Below are positions 24,501-34,835 of a stretch of 64,000 nt of DNA, one piece after another. Source of the stretch: Eledone cirrhosa. Lineage: Eukaryota. The notes beneath the pieces were generated by a model. It ran no database searches. It was not told the origin of the DNA and was given only the letters and a program-made list of their open reading frames with translations. Both the position numbers and the translations under genes were made by a program. The stretch lies in assembly GCA_964016885.1 (NCBI GenBank), contig OZ024743.1, positions 85,994,001 to 86,058,000 on the forward strand, in the 5' to 3' direction. Each line of letters begins with the position of its first letter. Position 1 is the first letter of the stretch.

Positions 24501-26606
24501 CTTGTCAATCCAGACATTATTACAGATGGAGAATTGTCAGAGTTGTTAGAATGTTGGATATAATGCCTTGTAGTGTTTGTTTTGGTTCGGTTCTTTGCAC
24601 TCAAATGTCGCTGTGGTCTACTTTGCCTTTCATCCTTTCAAGATTGATAAAATAAGAAAAATAAGTACCAGTTCAGTACTGGGGTCGATCTAATTGATTT
24701 ATACTTCCTCCAAATTGCTGGCCTTGTGCCTAAATTAGGAAGAATTATTACTATTAGTGTTACACTCCCTAAATATGGCTGTTTTGGGACAAAGTATCCT
24801 CCCTTGCTCCCGATAGGATAGAGAAGACTCTTCAGTCGAGTCAATGACTAACAACCTCCCTATTGCCGGTGCCACAATGAAATGCACTCAGGCCACCCTA
24901 TAAAGTGGTAGCACTGGTGCCACAATGAAATGCACTCAGGCCACCCTATAAAGTGGTAGCACTGGTGCCACAATGAAATGCACCCAGTCCACCCTATAAA
25001 GTGGTATTGCTAGTACCACAATGTAATGCACCTAGTCCACTCTATAAAGTATTAGTGCTAGTACCATAATGTAATGCACCCAGTCCACTCCATAAAGTAT
25101 TAGTGCTAGTACCACGATGTAATGCACCCAGTCCACTCTATAAAGTATTAGTACTAGTACCACGATGTAATGCACCCAGTCCACTCTATAAAGTATTAGT
25201 ACTAGTACCACAATGTAATGCACCCAATCCACTCTATAAAGTATTAGTACTAGTACCATGATGTAATGCACCCAGTCCACTCTATAAAGTATTAGTGCTA
25301 GTACCATGATGTAATGCACCCAGTCCACTCTATAAAGTATTAGTACTAGTACCATGATGTAATGCACCCAGTCCACTCTATAAAGTATTAGTACTAGTAC
25401 CATGATGTAATGCACCCAGTCCACTCTATAAAGTATTAGTACTAGTACCATGATGTAATGCACCCAATCCACTCTATAAAGTATTAGTACTAGTACCATG
25501 ATGTAATGCACCCAGTCCACTCTATAAAGTATTAGTACTAGTACCATGATGTAATGGACCCGGTCCACTCTATAAAGTATTAGTGCTAGTACCACAATGT
25601 AATGCACCCAGTCCACTCTATAAAGTATTAGTACTAGTACCATGATGTAATGGACCCGGTCCACTCTATAAAGTATTAGTGCTAGTACCACAATGTAATG
25701 CACCCAATCCACTCTATAAAGTATTAGTACTAGTACCATGATGTAATGCACCCAGTCCACTCTATAAAGTATTAGTGCTAGTACCATGATGTAATGCACC
25801 CAATCCACTCTATAAAGTATTAGTACTAGTACCATGATGTAATGCACCCAGTCCAATCTATAAAGTATTAGTGCTAGTACCATGATGTAATGCACCCAAT
25901 CCACTCTATAAAGTATTAGTACTAGTACCATGATGTAATGCACCCAATCCACTCTATAAAGTATTAGTACTAGTACCATGATGTAATGCACCCAGTCCAC
26001 TCTATAAAGTATTAGTACTAGTACCATGATGTAATGGACCCGGTCCACTCTATAAAGTATTAGTGCTAGTACCATGATGTAATGTACCAAGTCAACCCTA
26101 TAAGTGGCAGTGCTGGTACCATGATATAATGCACCCAGTCTACCCTATAAGGTGGTAGTCCTACCACAATGAACTACACTAAGTCCTCTCTGTAAAGTGG
26201 TTGTACTGGTGCCACAATAAAATGCACCCAGTCCATGTTGTAAAGTAGTTGGCATTAGGAAGGGCATCCAGCCATAACACCCATGCCAAAAGGAAATGTA
26301 TGAGCAAGGGGTGACATAAAACATGATGATGATGATGATGACTATTATGTTTGTTTCTTTTTTTTTTGTTTAATTTAGATCCGAGAAGAAGCTGCTAGAA
26401 AGGAGAGGGAGGAAGAAGAAAGAAAACAACGAATGGAAATTGAAGATTTTGAACGGAAAACTAAAAGGATTGGTCGAAAGAAGCGTAACAGGGTGTATGA
26501 AGAGAAAATTGAATTGACTTTCATGCAGAAGCATGGGAAACTTGTCTTTACTGTCAGTATTGCAGTGATTGCTGCAATTGCTGGTATATTTTATATGTCA
26601 TCATAA
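410..26606 (+). CDS. NFXL1: NF-X1-type zinc finger protein NFXL1, 3' portion (13 exons; 5' exons lie before the window)
   Basis: Exons 410-571, 1376-1476, 3598-3712, 5541-5656, 15395-15526, 15927-16017, 16707-16827, 17813-17975, 20061-20168, 20832-20963, 23246-23482, 24279-24473, 26379-26606. All are AG/GT bounded with compatible phases. The joined protein has tandem NF-X1 repeats (CG.H.C...CH.G.C..C), a charged coiled coil and a hydrophobic C-terminal tail, matching the NFXL1 layout from memory. Confidence 0.95.
1376..1476 (+). CDS. NFXL1: NFXL1 internal exon ([34 protein letters not shown])
   Basis: tttag| acceptor, |gtaaac donor, phase 1-0. Confidence 0.92.
1775..2586 (+). mobile_element. 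5'-truncated RTE-clade LINE (ORF C-terminus, 3' UTR, GAT tail)
   Basis: [27 protein letters not shown]..(GKP)RKTW motifs; GGACGTTAAACGAGGATGATGAT tail. Confidence 0.92.
3598..3712 (+). CDS. NFXL1: NFXL1 internal exon ([38 protein letters not shown])
   Basis: ccatag| acceptor, |gtaagt donor; the reading frame differs from the listed ORF 3500..3802. Confidence 0.92.
4606..4822 (+). mobile_element. piggyBac-type MITE family A, right TIR eroded
   Basis: TTAACCCTTTAGCATTTACATTACTCT start and shared internal sequence. Confidence 0.8.
4940..5130 (+). mobile_element. CRE-like element 3' fragment
   Basis: Homologous to ~44795-44981 (TTCCAGCCT, CACCTTACTGAGGTATCAGGTG, GTTTGCCTGAA). Confidence 0.65.
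5541..5656 (+). CDS. NFXL1: NFXL1 internal exon ([39 protein letters not shown])
   Basis: aaatag| acceptor, |gtaagt donor, phase 1-0. Confidence 0.9.
6150..6340 (+). mobile_element. tRNA-derived SINE with Nin/Deu-like core. Other copies at ~1120, 3758, 18155, 23510, 24525, 27748, 28905, 38789, 38995, 60540; minus strand at ~3270, 16190, 23040, 39980.
   Basis: A-box-like TGGCAGTATCGG, B-box GAGTTCAAATCC, core GCCTTTCATCCTT.GGGGTCGATAAAATAAAGTACCAG, ATT-type tail. Confidence 0.85.
6997..15086. repeat. 40-bp satellite, ~200 copies (GGGCTAGCTTGGGACACTAAATACCTAGGTACACATTGTT), in the NFXL1 intron 5657-15394
   Basis: Directly visible tandem array; exact 40-bp register from ~7021 to ~14353. Confidence 0.99.
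15395..15526 (+). CDS. NFXL1: NFXL1 internal exon ([13 protein letters not shown]...CGRHQCKRK)
   Basis: ttccag| acceptor, |gtaaat donor, phase 0-0. Confidence 0.92.
15927..16017 (+). CDS. NFXL1: NFXL1 internal exon ([30 protein letters not shown])
   Basis: tattag| acceptor, |gtgagt donor, phase 0-1. Confidence 0.92.
16707..16827 (+). CDS. NFXL1: NFXL1 internal exon ([40 protein letters not shown])
   Basis: ctttag| acceptor, |gtaaga donor, phase 1-2. Confidence 0.92.
17813..17975 (+). CDS. NFXL1: NFXL1 internal exon ([23 protein letters not shown]...[13 protein letters not shown])
   Basis: aaaaaag| acceptor fits phase 2; |gtatgt donor. Confidence 0.88.
17986..18118. mobile_element. Tc1/mariner-type MITE
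   Basis: TA|CAGGCTGGACTAAAA ... TTTTGGCCCACCCTG|TA imperfect TIRs with TA TSD. Confidence 0.65.
18530..18830 (-). mobile_element. RTE LINE endonuclease-region fragment
   Basis: [26 protein letters not shown] motif. Confidence 0.7.
19641..19869 (+). mobile_element. piggyBac-type MITE family A nested in a family-B MITE (~19407-19900)
   Basis: TTAA TSDs, CCCTTT/AAAGGG ends, internal sequence shared with the 63782 copy. Confidence 0.85.
20061..20168 (+). CDS. NFXL1: NFXL1 internal exon ([36 protein letters not shown])
   Basis: taccag| acceptor after a long pyrimidine tract, |gtaagt donor; PCPPCQV..CLGKHE motif. Confidence 0.88.
20277..20713. mobile_element. Fold-back MITE: ~205-bp inverted arms around a 13-nt loop
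   Basis: CATGTTGTCCTAATATTGCCAAAAATAATA at 20284 and its reverse complement ending at 20706; centre TCTTCAGTGA / TCACTGAAGA. Confidence 0.9.
20832..20963 (+). CDS. NFXL1: NFXL1 internal exon ([44 protein letters not shown])
   Basis: tttcag| acceptor, |gtaagt donor, phase 0-0. Confidence 0.9.
21250..21900 (-). mobile_element. Penelope-like element remnant (GIY-YIG region)
   Basis: Minus-strand [16 protein letters not shown] at ~21541-21590; boundaries approximate. Confidence 0.6.
22590..23030 (+). mobile_element. Second RTE-type LINE family, 3' ORF fragment (related pieces at ~42365-42575 and ~61990-62110)
   Basis: [38 protein letters not shown]. Confidence 0.75.
23246..23482 (+). CDS. NFXL1: NFXL1 internal exon ([24 protein letters not shown]...CGLDCPKV)
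   Basis: tttcag| acceptor, |gtaagc donor, 79 codons. Confidence 0.93.
24279..24473 (+). CDS. NFXL1: NFXL1 internal exon ([17 protein letters not shown]...[14 protein letters not shown])
   Basis: aaaaag| acceptor, |gtaaat donor, 65 codons. Confidence 0.9.
24868..26250 (+). repeat. 48-bp minisatellite (~29 units, ATGTAATGCACCCAGTCCACTCTATAAAGTATTAGTACTAGTACCATG) inside a SINE body
   Basis: Tandem array running directly into the shared GTTGGCATTAGGAAGGGCATCCAGCC core and a (GAT)n tail at ~26323-26341. Confidence 0.97.
26379..26606 (+). CDS. NFXL1: NFXL1 terminal coding exon (coiled coil, basic stretch, TM tail [21 protein letters not shown])
   Basis: atttag| acceptor; open frame [11 protein letters not shown]... 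to TAA at 26604-26606. Confidence 0.92.
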   Translation: MREEAARKEREEEERKQRMEIEDFERKTKRIGRKKRNRVYEEKIELTFMQKHGKLVFTVSIAVIAAIAGIFYMSS

Positions 26607-28029
26607 GTTTATCAGAGTTATCCTCTTCCATTAAAAAAAAAGGTACCAATTATGGGAGTTGGGGAGGACAAAGCAAATACACAGATAGAGTATCATTGAA
26701 GAACATATGTTGTTCAGCTGTAAGTCAGCTTTAATTGAGTAGACTTATGATGAAATATATTCTATCTGTGACTATACCATCATATATTTAGACATAGTAT
26801 ATCAAAGTTTTTATAACCTAGTTTGTTCTTCCTTTTTATTCTAATTACCTCAGTTCTCTTAACTGTTGAGTTTAGTTGCCAGGTAATTAAGAAATTCCTC
26901 TATAATTTACTGGCTTATGTGATTCATTTCATTTTGAAAATAACCAAAGATTTGGAAGAGTTGAATAAAATAACTTTTTCATTAGTAAGCTGATATTTAG
27001 AACATCTCAAGAAAAAGATTCTAAAATACAATTGTGATGAAGGGTTTTAATATATGGATAAACATTTTAAAATGAGCAGTTTTGTATAAAAAATCCAGGG
27101 CAGTTTGGTATCAAAAGGTTAAGACGGGTTAAGTGGATAAGTTATTGGACCACTAACTTGTAGTTCATCACTTCAAAAACATTGCTGGCATTTTGTTTTC
27201 ATTCTAAGCAGAACATTATATTCTACTTGCCTCAGTCTTCATAACTGTTGAGGATAGTTGTCAAGAAACTGGAAATAAATACTTGTTCTATGAACTCCTA
27301 AAGTTTGTGGAAGATTTAAGTGACTCAACCATTATGAGAGTGGTGATGTTAAAATCCACATTAATATACAATGATTCAATATAGGTATCTATTGTGTAAT
27401 GTAGCTTATTATATTTCTTATATGATTTCATCCATTATATTGTTTGATTTGAGAGGAATTAAGTATCATGGTGGTTGAATATGCCAAGTTTAGTTTCCCA
27501 CAGTTTAAATTTTAACTTTCCTCTATGGCAGCTTATCTCTTCTACAACCTTATTTTTTTTCTTTCAATCTTTCTTTTTTTTTTGTTTTATTCTATTTCTT
27601 TTTTTTTATTTTAATTGATCCCGGTATTATGTTGTAACCAGTGGTCAACTGTATTTTGATCTACAAATGACATCCACTCTCAGATTTAGAAAATAGAGTG
27701 AGGCAGTCAGCAAAACTTACGTAGTTGTTTTATTTTATCTTAGTTTAGGGCGATGGATTGGCAGTATCAGTAGAGCGTCAGACACCATGCTTTTCAACAT
27801 AGTTATGGCCCTTTACGTTCTGAGTTCAAATCCCGTCAAGGTTAGCTTTGCCTTTCATCCTAACGGGGTCGATTTAATCGACTTTCCCCTCCCTTCAAAT
27901 TGCTGGCCTTGTGCCTATACTAGAAATCGTTATTTTATCTTAGTTTATTGTATATTATTAGAACAAAAACAACAAAAAAATGATTCATAAAACAAACATA
28001 AATTTGTTCTTGGTTTAACTGAACTGATA

Positions 28030-28482
28030 AACCACACACATACACAGGCATACACTTACCAGTACATATAACATAAGCATTCATTCACAGACATATACAT
28101 GTGCACATGCATACCAGTACACACAACACACACACATTCATATGCAGGCACACACACACACACACACAGACATGCACACAAATGCCAATATACAGTGCAC
28201 ACACATCCATATGCAGGCACACCCTCACACACAGAAGCACAGAGATGCACACAAATACCAGTAAACACAGCACACGCATTCACATGCAGGCACATACACA
28301 CACACAGAGGCACAGACATGCACACAAATCCCAATACACACAACACACACATTCACATGCAGGCACACACACACATGCACAGAAATACCAATACACACAG
28401 CACACACATCCATATGCAGGCACATCCTCACACACAAAGAGACTGATATGCACGCAAACACCAATACACAGCACACACATTC
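28030..28482. repeat. Degenerate (CA)n-derived compound repeat with ~55-70-bp recurring units
   Basis: Recurring ATGCAGGCACA, CATGCACAC and AAATACCA motifs. Confidence 0.85.
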
Positions 28483-29240
28483 ATTAATTTACTTTTTAAA
28501 TTAATAAGTATACTGTGTTTATTGTTGTCTAAATGTAAGCCTTCCTTATTTAGCTATTTGGGGAGCTTCAGATTACTCTCTTTAAAAAACCATTACATTT
28601 TCAAAATAACATATTGTCAAAAACAAGATGAAAAAATATACAGAATTCACATTTGGAAATTTGAGTTTCTCTAAAGGATTTTTTTCCAAACTTTCAAATT
28701 TTGATAGAATTTTGTGAAAAAAAATCATTTTTGACGATTGTAAATATATCTTAACTTTTATACTATAATAATTACTTTCAGAAAATATCTTTTAAGGATT
28801 TCTTTTTTAAGAAATTGTTCAGCTGTTATTGTTACAAATTTATTATGTATTGCTGAAGCAAGTACAACAGTACAATTAATAGAATATGTATTAAATGGAC
28901 TGTTGAGTTGGCAGGACTGGTGGACCACTGGATTAAAGGATTAAAAGATTAAAGGATTAAAAGTATTTAGTCTCTTACTTTTGTATGCTGAGTTCAAAGT
29001 CTACCATTGTCAACTTTGCTTTCATTCTCCTCATATCATTAAAACAGCAGTCATATATTTTGGAATTGATTCAGCTGACTATATATCATCGTCATCATCA
29101 ACATCGTTTAACGTCCATCTTCCACGCTAGCATGGGTTAGACGGTTTTGTTCCATTTGATGCGGGAATGGTTGGGAGACCATGTCTCACTCGTACGGAAG
29201 TGTCTCTGGCAGGTTTTTTACGGCTGGATGCCCTTCCTAA

Positions 29241-29555
<315 letters not shown>

Positions 29556-29961
29556 CTGGGAAACATGACAAATCCTATGGCAAATCTAAATTTATTGTCC
29601 ACCAAGTACATATTGTATCTTCCAGCAGGCTATCACTATAATTTCTTTTCATTCTACACTTCCGTTATATTGTTGCCGCCACCAAACATACATCTATATG
29701 TATGTGTATATAACTATAATCGAACAAACACAAACTTACAAAAATACACCCTCACGGACATACATTCACACATACATTTACACAGACACACACATACAGT
29801 CATGATAACAGCTTTCAATGACTTGGAAATGGGAGAATAAAATAAAGTACAACCTTTTATTTATTTATTAACAACACAGTTTAACTCTTTTTTTTTTTTT
29901 AAACTCATTTGTATAAAAATGTAATATAATGGTTACAGAACGAAAACACAAATATAATATA

Positions 29962-31237
29962 CTAGCATTAAAGCCCGGCATTGCTCGGGGTCATTAAGTT
30001 ACCAAAGTTAGGTTGCACCACCCATTTTATGGCAGCACTTTTTTGTCTGCCAGGCACTGGGTGAATGAATTGCAGACCTGGAAGCAGGAGCTGCGCCAGC
30101 AGTGACAATTGTAGTTTCGCCTATGGATATTATCTCTGTGCAAAAAAGTGTTGAAATTTATTGTTTCACAGTACTTGCGCAACACGCGCGTAGACGATGC
30201 CAGCCGAACAACAGAGCTGCGATGGAGTTGTTCTGCATGGTTGTCTGTGTGTTTTCTAAATTTAAGACAGTAGGGAGGGTTGTGATATGAGGGAGAGTTA
30301 GCTGTTGTTTCTAGCAGGTTTAGTGACCTCATAGAGGATATGTGTTTTCTAAATTTAAGACAGTAGGGAGTGGTGTGATATGGAGGAGAGTTAGCTGCTG
30401 TTTCTAGCAGGTTTAGTGACCGCATAGAAGATATGTTTTCTAAATTTAAGACAGTAGGGATGGGTGTGATATGGGGGAGAGTTAGCTGCTGTTTCTAGCA
30501 GGTTTAGTAACCTCATAGAGGATATGTGTTTTCTAAATTTAAGACAGTAGGGAGTGGTGTGATATGGGGGAGAGTTAGCTGCTGTTTCTAGCAGGTTTAG
30601 TGACCTCATAGAAGATATGTTTTCTAAATTTAAGACAGTAGGGATGGGTGTGGTATGGGGGAGAGTTAGCTGCTGTTTCTAGCAGGTTTAGTGACCGCAT
30701 AGCGGATATTATTGTTTATCATTATCTATAAAAGGCAGATTGTTGTTGTTGTTGTTGAAGTGAGTGTGTGTTTGTATGCGTTTGGAAAAGAGGTTTTAAA
30801 AAAGATTTATCGCTTGTTGTTGAATAAATGTATCTGTTGCTTTTGAATAATTGTCGTTTTGTATGAAATGTAATAATTTGAAGTATAAAAGCGAAAGTAG
30901 CAAAATGTGTGAGTGGTAGATAGAGGTAAGCAGATGATATCAGAGAGTAAAACGGACAGTATCACCATCAAGCTTGGAAAGAGAAAGTATGAAGTTGTAT
31001 AGATTTTGAATGGTAGTGGAAAGAGTTTAGCAGTTTAAATGACAGAGAAAAATCGTAAAATATTGAGTTTTATCTATTTTTTGCGTAATTGTGGGTGAAA
31101 TTGAAAAAATGAGATGTGCCAAGACGCAATCGAAACTATTTCGAATACTGAATTGTAAATTTCAATTGAAGAAATTCTATATCGTAGATTTCTATAAGAA
31201 AGGAGCATGACCACACACCGAGCTTTATAGATTATGA
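29962..31237 (-). mobile_element. Non-autonomous Helitron (~1.27 kb)
   Basis: The minus-strand 3' end is CCCGAGCAATGCCGGG hairpin + 8 nt + CTAG|T. The 5' end is A|TCATAATCTATAAAG (alternative TC start at 31231). AT target site, no TSD. Confidence 0.75.
30248..30710. repeat. Five tandem 91/93-bp units (184-bp dimer structure) within the Helitron
   Basis: TTTTCTAAATTTAAGACAG starts at 30252, 30345, 30436, 30529 and 30620. Confidence 0.95.
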
Positions 31238-31250
31238 TATATGTGTGTGC

Positions 31251-31813
31251 ATCATCATCATCATCATCATTTAACATCCATCTTCTACGCTAGCATGGGT
31301 TTGGACGGCAATTTTCCCACTTGAGGCAAGATTGGTTGTCTTGCTCGTATAGGACTGTCTGGCGGGTTTTTTACGGCTGGATGCCCTTCCTAACACCAAC
31401 CATGTTTACAGTGTGGACTGGGAGGTTTTTACCGTGTTACATACACGGCCACATTACAGCGTGGACTGTGTGTTTTTTTGTCGTGATGCCTACACGCCCT
31501 CATTTGTTTCGGACTGGATGCTGTGGTACCAACATAACTTTACATTGAAAGGGATGAGGTGGGGGTAGTGGGGCTGGGGTGTATTTTTGTTAGGTTTCGC
31601 TTTGTACTTAGGCAAGGCGGGTCTTCTGTATTACTGTGTATCACCAAAGATCTCGGTCCAGTGACATTGTCTTGGAGAGGTGTAAGTGTGTGAGGTCGGA
31701 ATTTAGCAAGTTGTCCCAGGTTTTTCTGGGTCTGCCTACTCCGTGGCTATCGTCTATTTTTATCGCCCTGCACTTTTTTATACAGCTGTCGTCTTTCATG
31801 CGCATCACATGAC
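31251..31813 (-). mobile_element. RTE LINE 3' end
   Basis: Reverse complement of ~35630-36190; (ATC)n tail. Confidence 0.92.
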
Positions 31814-31969
31814 ATATATGTAATTAAAATAATAATTAATACAAAAACCAAAATCTATAAGAGTTGTGTATATAAACCTGTAGAGCAAATATTTACTATC
31901 ATTACAGATTAAAAGTTTAAGCAATGTATTAATGCTTTCACCCTAAGCAGGATCATCTGAAACTGAAAT

Positions 31970-32011
<42 letters not shown>

Positions 32012-33319
32012 ATATGTAATAATAATAATATGGACGAATTTTCATTACATTTATTGAGGTGTGACGCGCGTTTCAAGATTGATCAGCTCAAAGTCCAATC
32101 TGTATCGATCGGGCCCGACTCTAGAATCAAAAGCTCCTCTGACTTCTGTTATGGTAATAACACAATGATCCCTAAACTATGAGTGTGTATGTATGTATGT
32201 GTGTGTATGTGTATATATATGTGCATGTCTGTGTAGCATAATGTTGCCTATTAACAAATTCCATAGATCTGAGGAACAGCCAGCAGTTCTTTTTTAGTTC
32301 CTTTTGCTTCTTGTGGAATTGAGAGAGAAACTGAGTATAGCAAGAATCAAATATAGTTTGAAAGGAAGGAGACATGCCAAGAGCACCCAGTGGAAGGAAT
32401 ATACAGTAGATCTGGGTAGAGGTGGTGAAAACGGACCTCAAGACACTGAAGCCTAACCCTAATATATATTTGTGTGTGTATATATATATACCATCATCAT
32501 CATCGTTTAACGTCCATCTTCCACGCTTGCATGGGTTTGGATATATATATATATATAACATGTACCACGCTTCCATACATCTCTCATGAGTACAGGTTGC
32601 AGCATGTGTCTAATGAAGCCTCCAGCTCACACTGTAAAATGGTCGTGATGGCAACACAACAAAAAAGCACCGAGCCCACACTGTAAAGTGGTCGTGATGG
32701 CGACACGGCAAAAAAGCACCAAGCCCACAACACTGAAGTGGTCGTGTAGGTGTCACGACAAAAAGCACCCAGTCCACACTGTGAAATGGTCATGTAATAG
32801 TCACAACCCAACTTGCCTCAAATGGGACAACCTGTCTAACCCATGTTAGCTTGGAAAAATGGACATTAAACGGTGATGATGGTATATATATATATATATA
32901 TATATATACGGTGATGATGATGTGTGTGTGTGTATGTTTTTATCGTAGCACCAACACGACCACCTTACAGGTTCAACTGGGCACTTTTTGTCTTGTCACC
33001 AGCATGACAACCTTAGTGTAGACTGGGTGCTTCTTCTCCTGTCACTGGCATGACTATCTTACAGGTTGGACTGGGTGCTTTTATTGTTGTGGCACCCGAT
33101 CAGCACACAGGGTGGACTTTGTGCTTTTTGTCATGGCAATGGCATTAAGGGAGATCAGATGTCGAGCATGAGTGGGTTGGGCAGTCGACATCAACTAGGT
33201 ACATCAGATGTTTAGCAGGTGAGAGCAGGGTATTAAGATTGGGGCACATACACTGCTAATTTAGTCCCCTATGTAACTATCAACTACTACTACCACTCCT
33301 TATGGGCATTTAAAAAGCT

Positions 33320-34440
33320 TGTTTTCTGTGAGCTCTTGCTACTTACTACTCTTGTGCATCAACCACATACAAAACGTATATTCTTTGCTAGCCTGCCTGA
33401 GACACCATTATGTCTCTTGTGTGCCCCTAGTTTGCATTTGGAACATAGGATGGAATTTGTACCTACTCCTTTCCTGCAAACTGAGCAAAGCCATTTCCCT
33501 GAGGGGATGTGGGCCCTGTTTTCCTTTCTTTTTACTAAGACTTTAGTTTTTTGCGAAGTTGACTGCAAAACCTTTTGATTCTAGGTCATGCTTCCAGGTT
33601 TTTTCTCTAATTCTGCTAAATATTCAGCTACAAAGGTTAGATCATCTGCATACAGGAGTTCTCATGGACAGTCCGTCTTAAACTCTTCAGTTATAGCATG
33701 ATCATAAACAGGAGAGGACTAAGAACGGAGCCCTGATGGACTACTACTTGCATGCTAAATTCTTCACTATAGTGATTGTTAATTCTCACCTTGCTGACTC
33801 CTCTATATTTGGCTTGTACTGCTCTCACAAGCTACTCATCTACTACTTGTTTTCTAAGACCCCACCAGATTATGAAACGGGAGACTCTGTCAAAAGCTTT
33901 CTCCGTGTCAACAAATGCCAAGTAGAGCAGCTTACTTTTAGCTAGGTACTTCTCCTATATTTGCCTCACAAGGAAGAGGGCATCAGTGGTACTTTTATCT
34001 GGCACAAATCCAAACTGCATCTCATCTAGGTTAACTCAGGCCCTAATCAGATGTGCCATAACACTTTCCGTGACCTTCAACACCTGCTCAACCAACTTGG
34101 TGCCCCTATAAATTTCTCTGTTACGAGCATCTCCTTTGCCCTTGTAGTAGCTGATGATGATGATGCTATGCCAGGCATTGGGTATGACACCATTTAGTAT
34201 TTCTTGGTTTACAATACGAGTGGTTAAGGTGTGACCAACATCTCAGCAACTATCCCCAATGGACCAACTGTTTTCCTTGTTTCTTCATATCCTTAATTGC
34301 CTTACTCTGCTGACTTATACAGCTGGACCCTCTGTTGGGTCCACTTGGGCTAGACTATCTTCTTCCCATGCATTCTTCTTGTTCAGTAATCTTTCATAAT
34401 GGCACTTCCATGTTACTTTCTTTTCAGCATCGGTGAGGGT
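33320..34440 (-). mobile_element. Degenerate RTE LINE RT fragment
   Basis: YKGKGDA, MQFGFVP, HQGSVLSPLLF, LLYADDL and SGKWLCSVCRKG motifs with disruptions. Confidence 0.88.
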
Positions 34441-34835
34441 TATATATATGTATATATTAAGAAGTGTGCTAGCAGCTGAACAACACTAGTGTTAATCATA
34501 TGCAAATTAGTATGTCCATTTAGTAATAGTGTTAAGAATGAATGAGTATATATATACCTATCAAATACACGTTTCCTTGTGGTTGATTGGATGATATACA
34601 TGTCTTCTGATGAGGATCCAATTAGATCTGAAAATCGAAAGGTGTTTATCATTATAACAATTTTCAAGGAAATTCATATATTCTTCCACGTTTACATATT
34701 AAAAATGTATATATTTATATACATAGTTGCAGTCTCGGTTACACACTCTGTATTTATACAGATATAACTTTATCATATATATATATATATGTGCATGTGT
34801 GTGTGTGTGCATATGTATATATATATATTATGTCA

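Noticed and set aside
25032-26090. 352-aa hydrophobic repeat protein on the minus strand
   Set aside because: It is a by-product of a stop-free 48-bp unit inside a SINE, antisense within an NFXL1 intron.
28056-28487. Six overlapping His/Thr- or Cys/Val-rich ORFs
   Set aside because: These are translations of CA/TG microsatellite sequence.
30027-30609. Helitron Rep/helicase or captured-gene ORFs
   Set aside because: The ORFs mostly translate the tandem repeat and show no recognisable Rep or helicase motifs.
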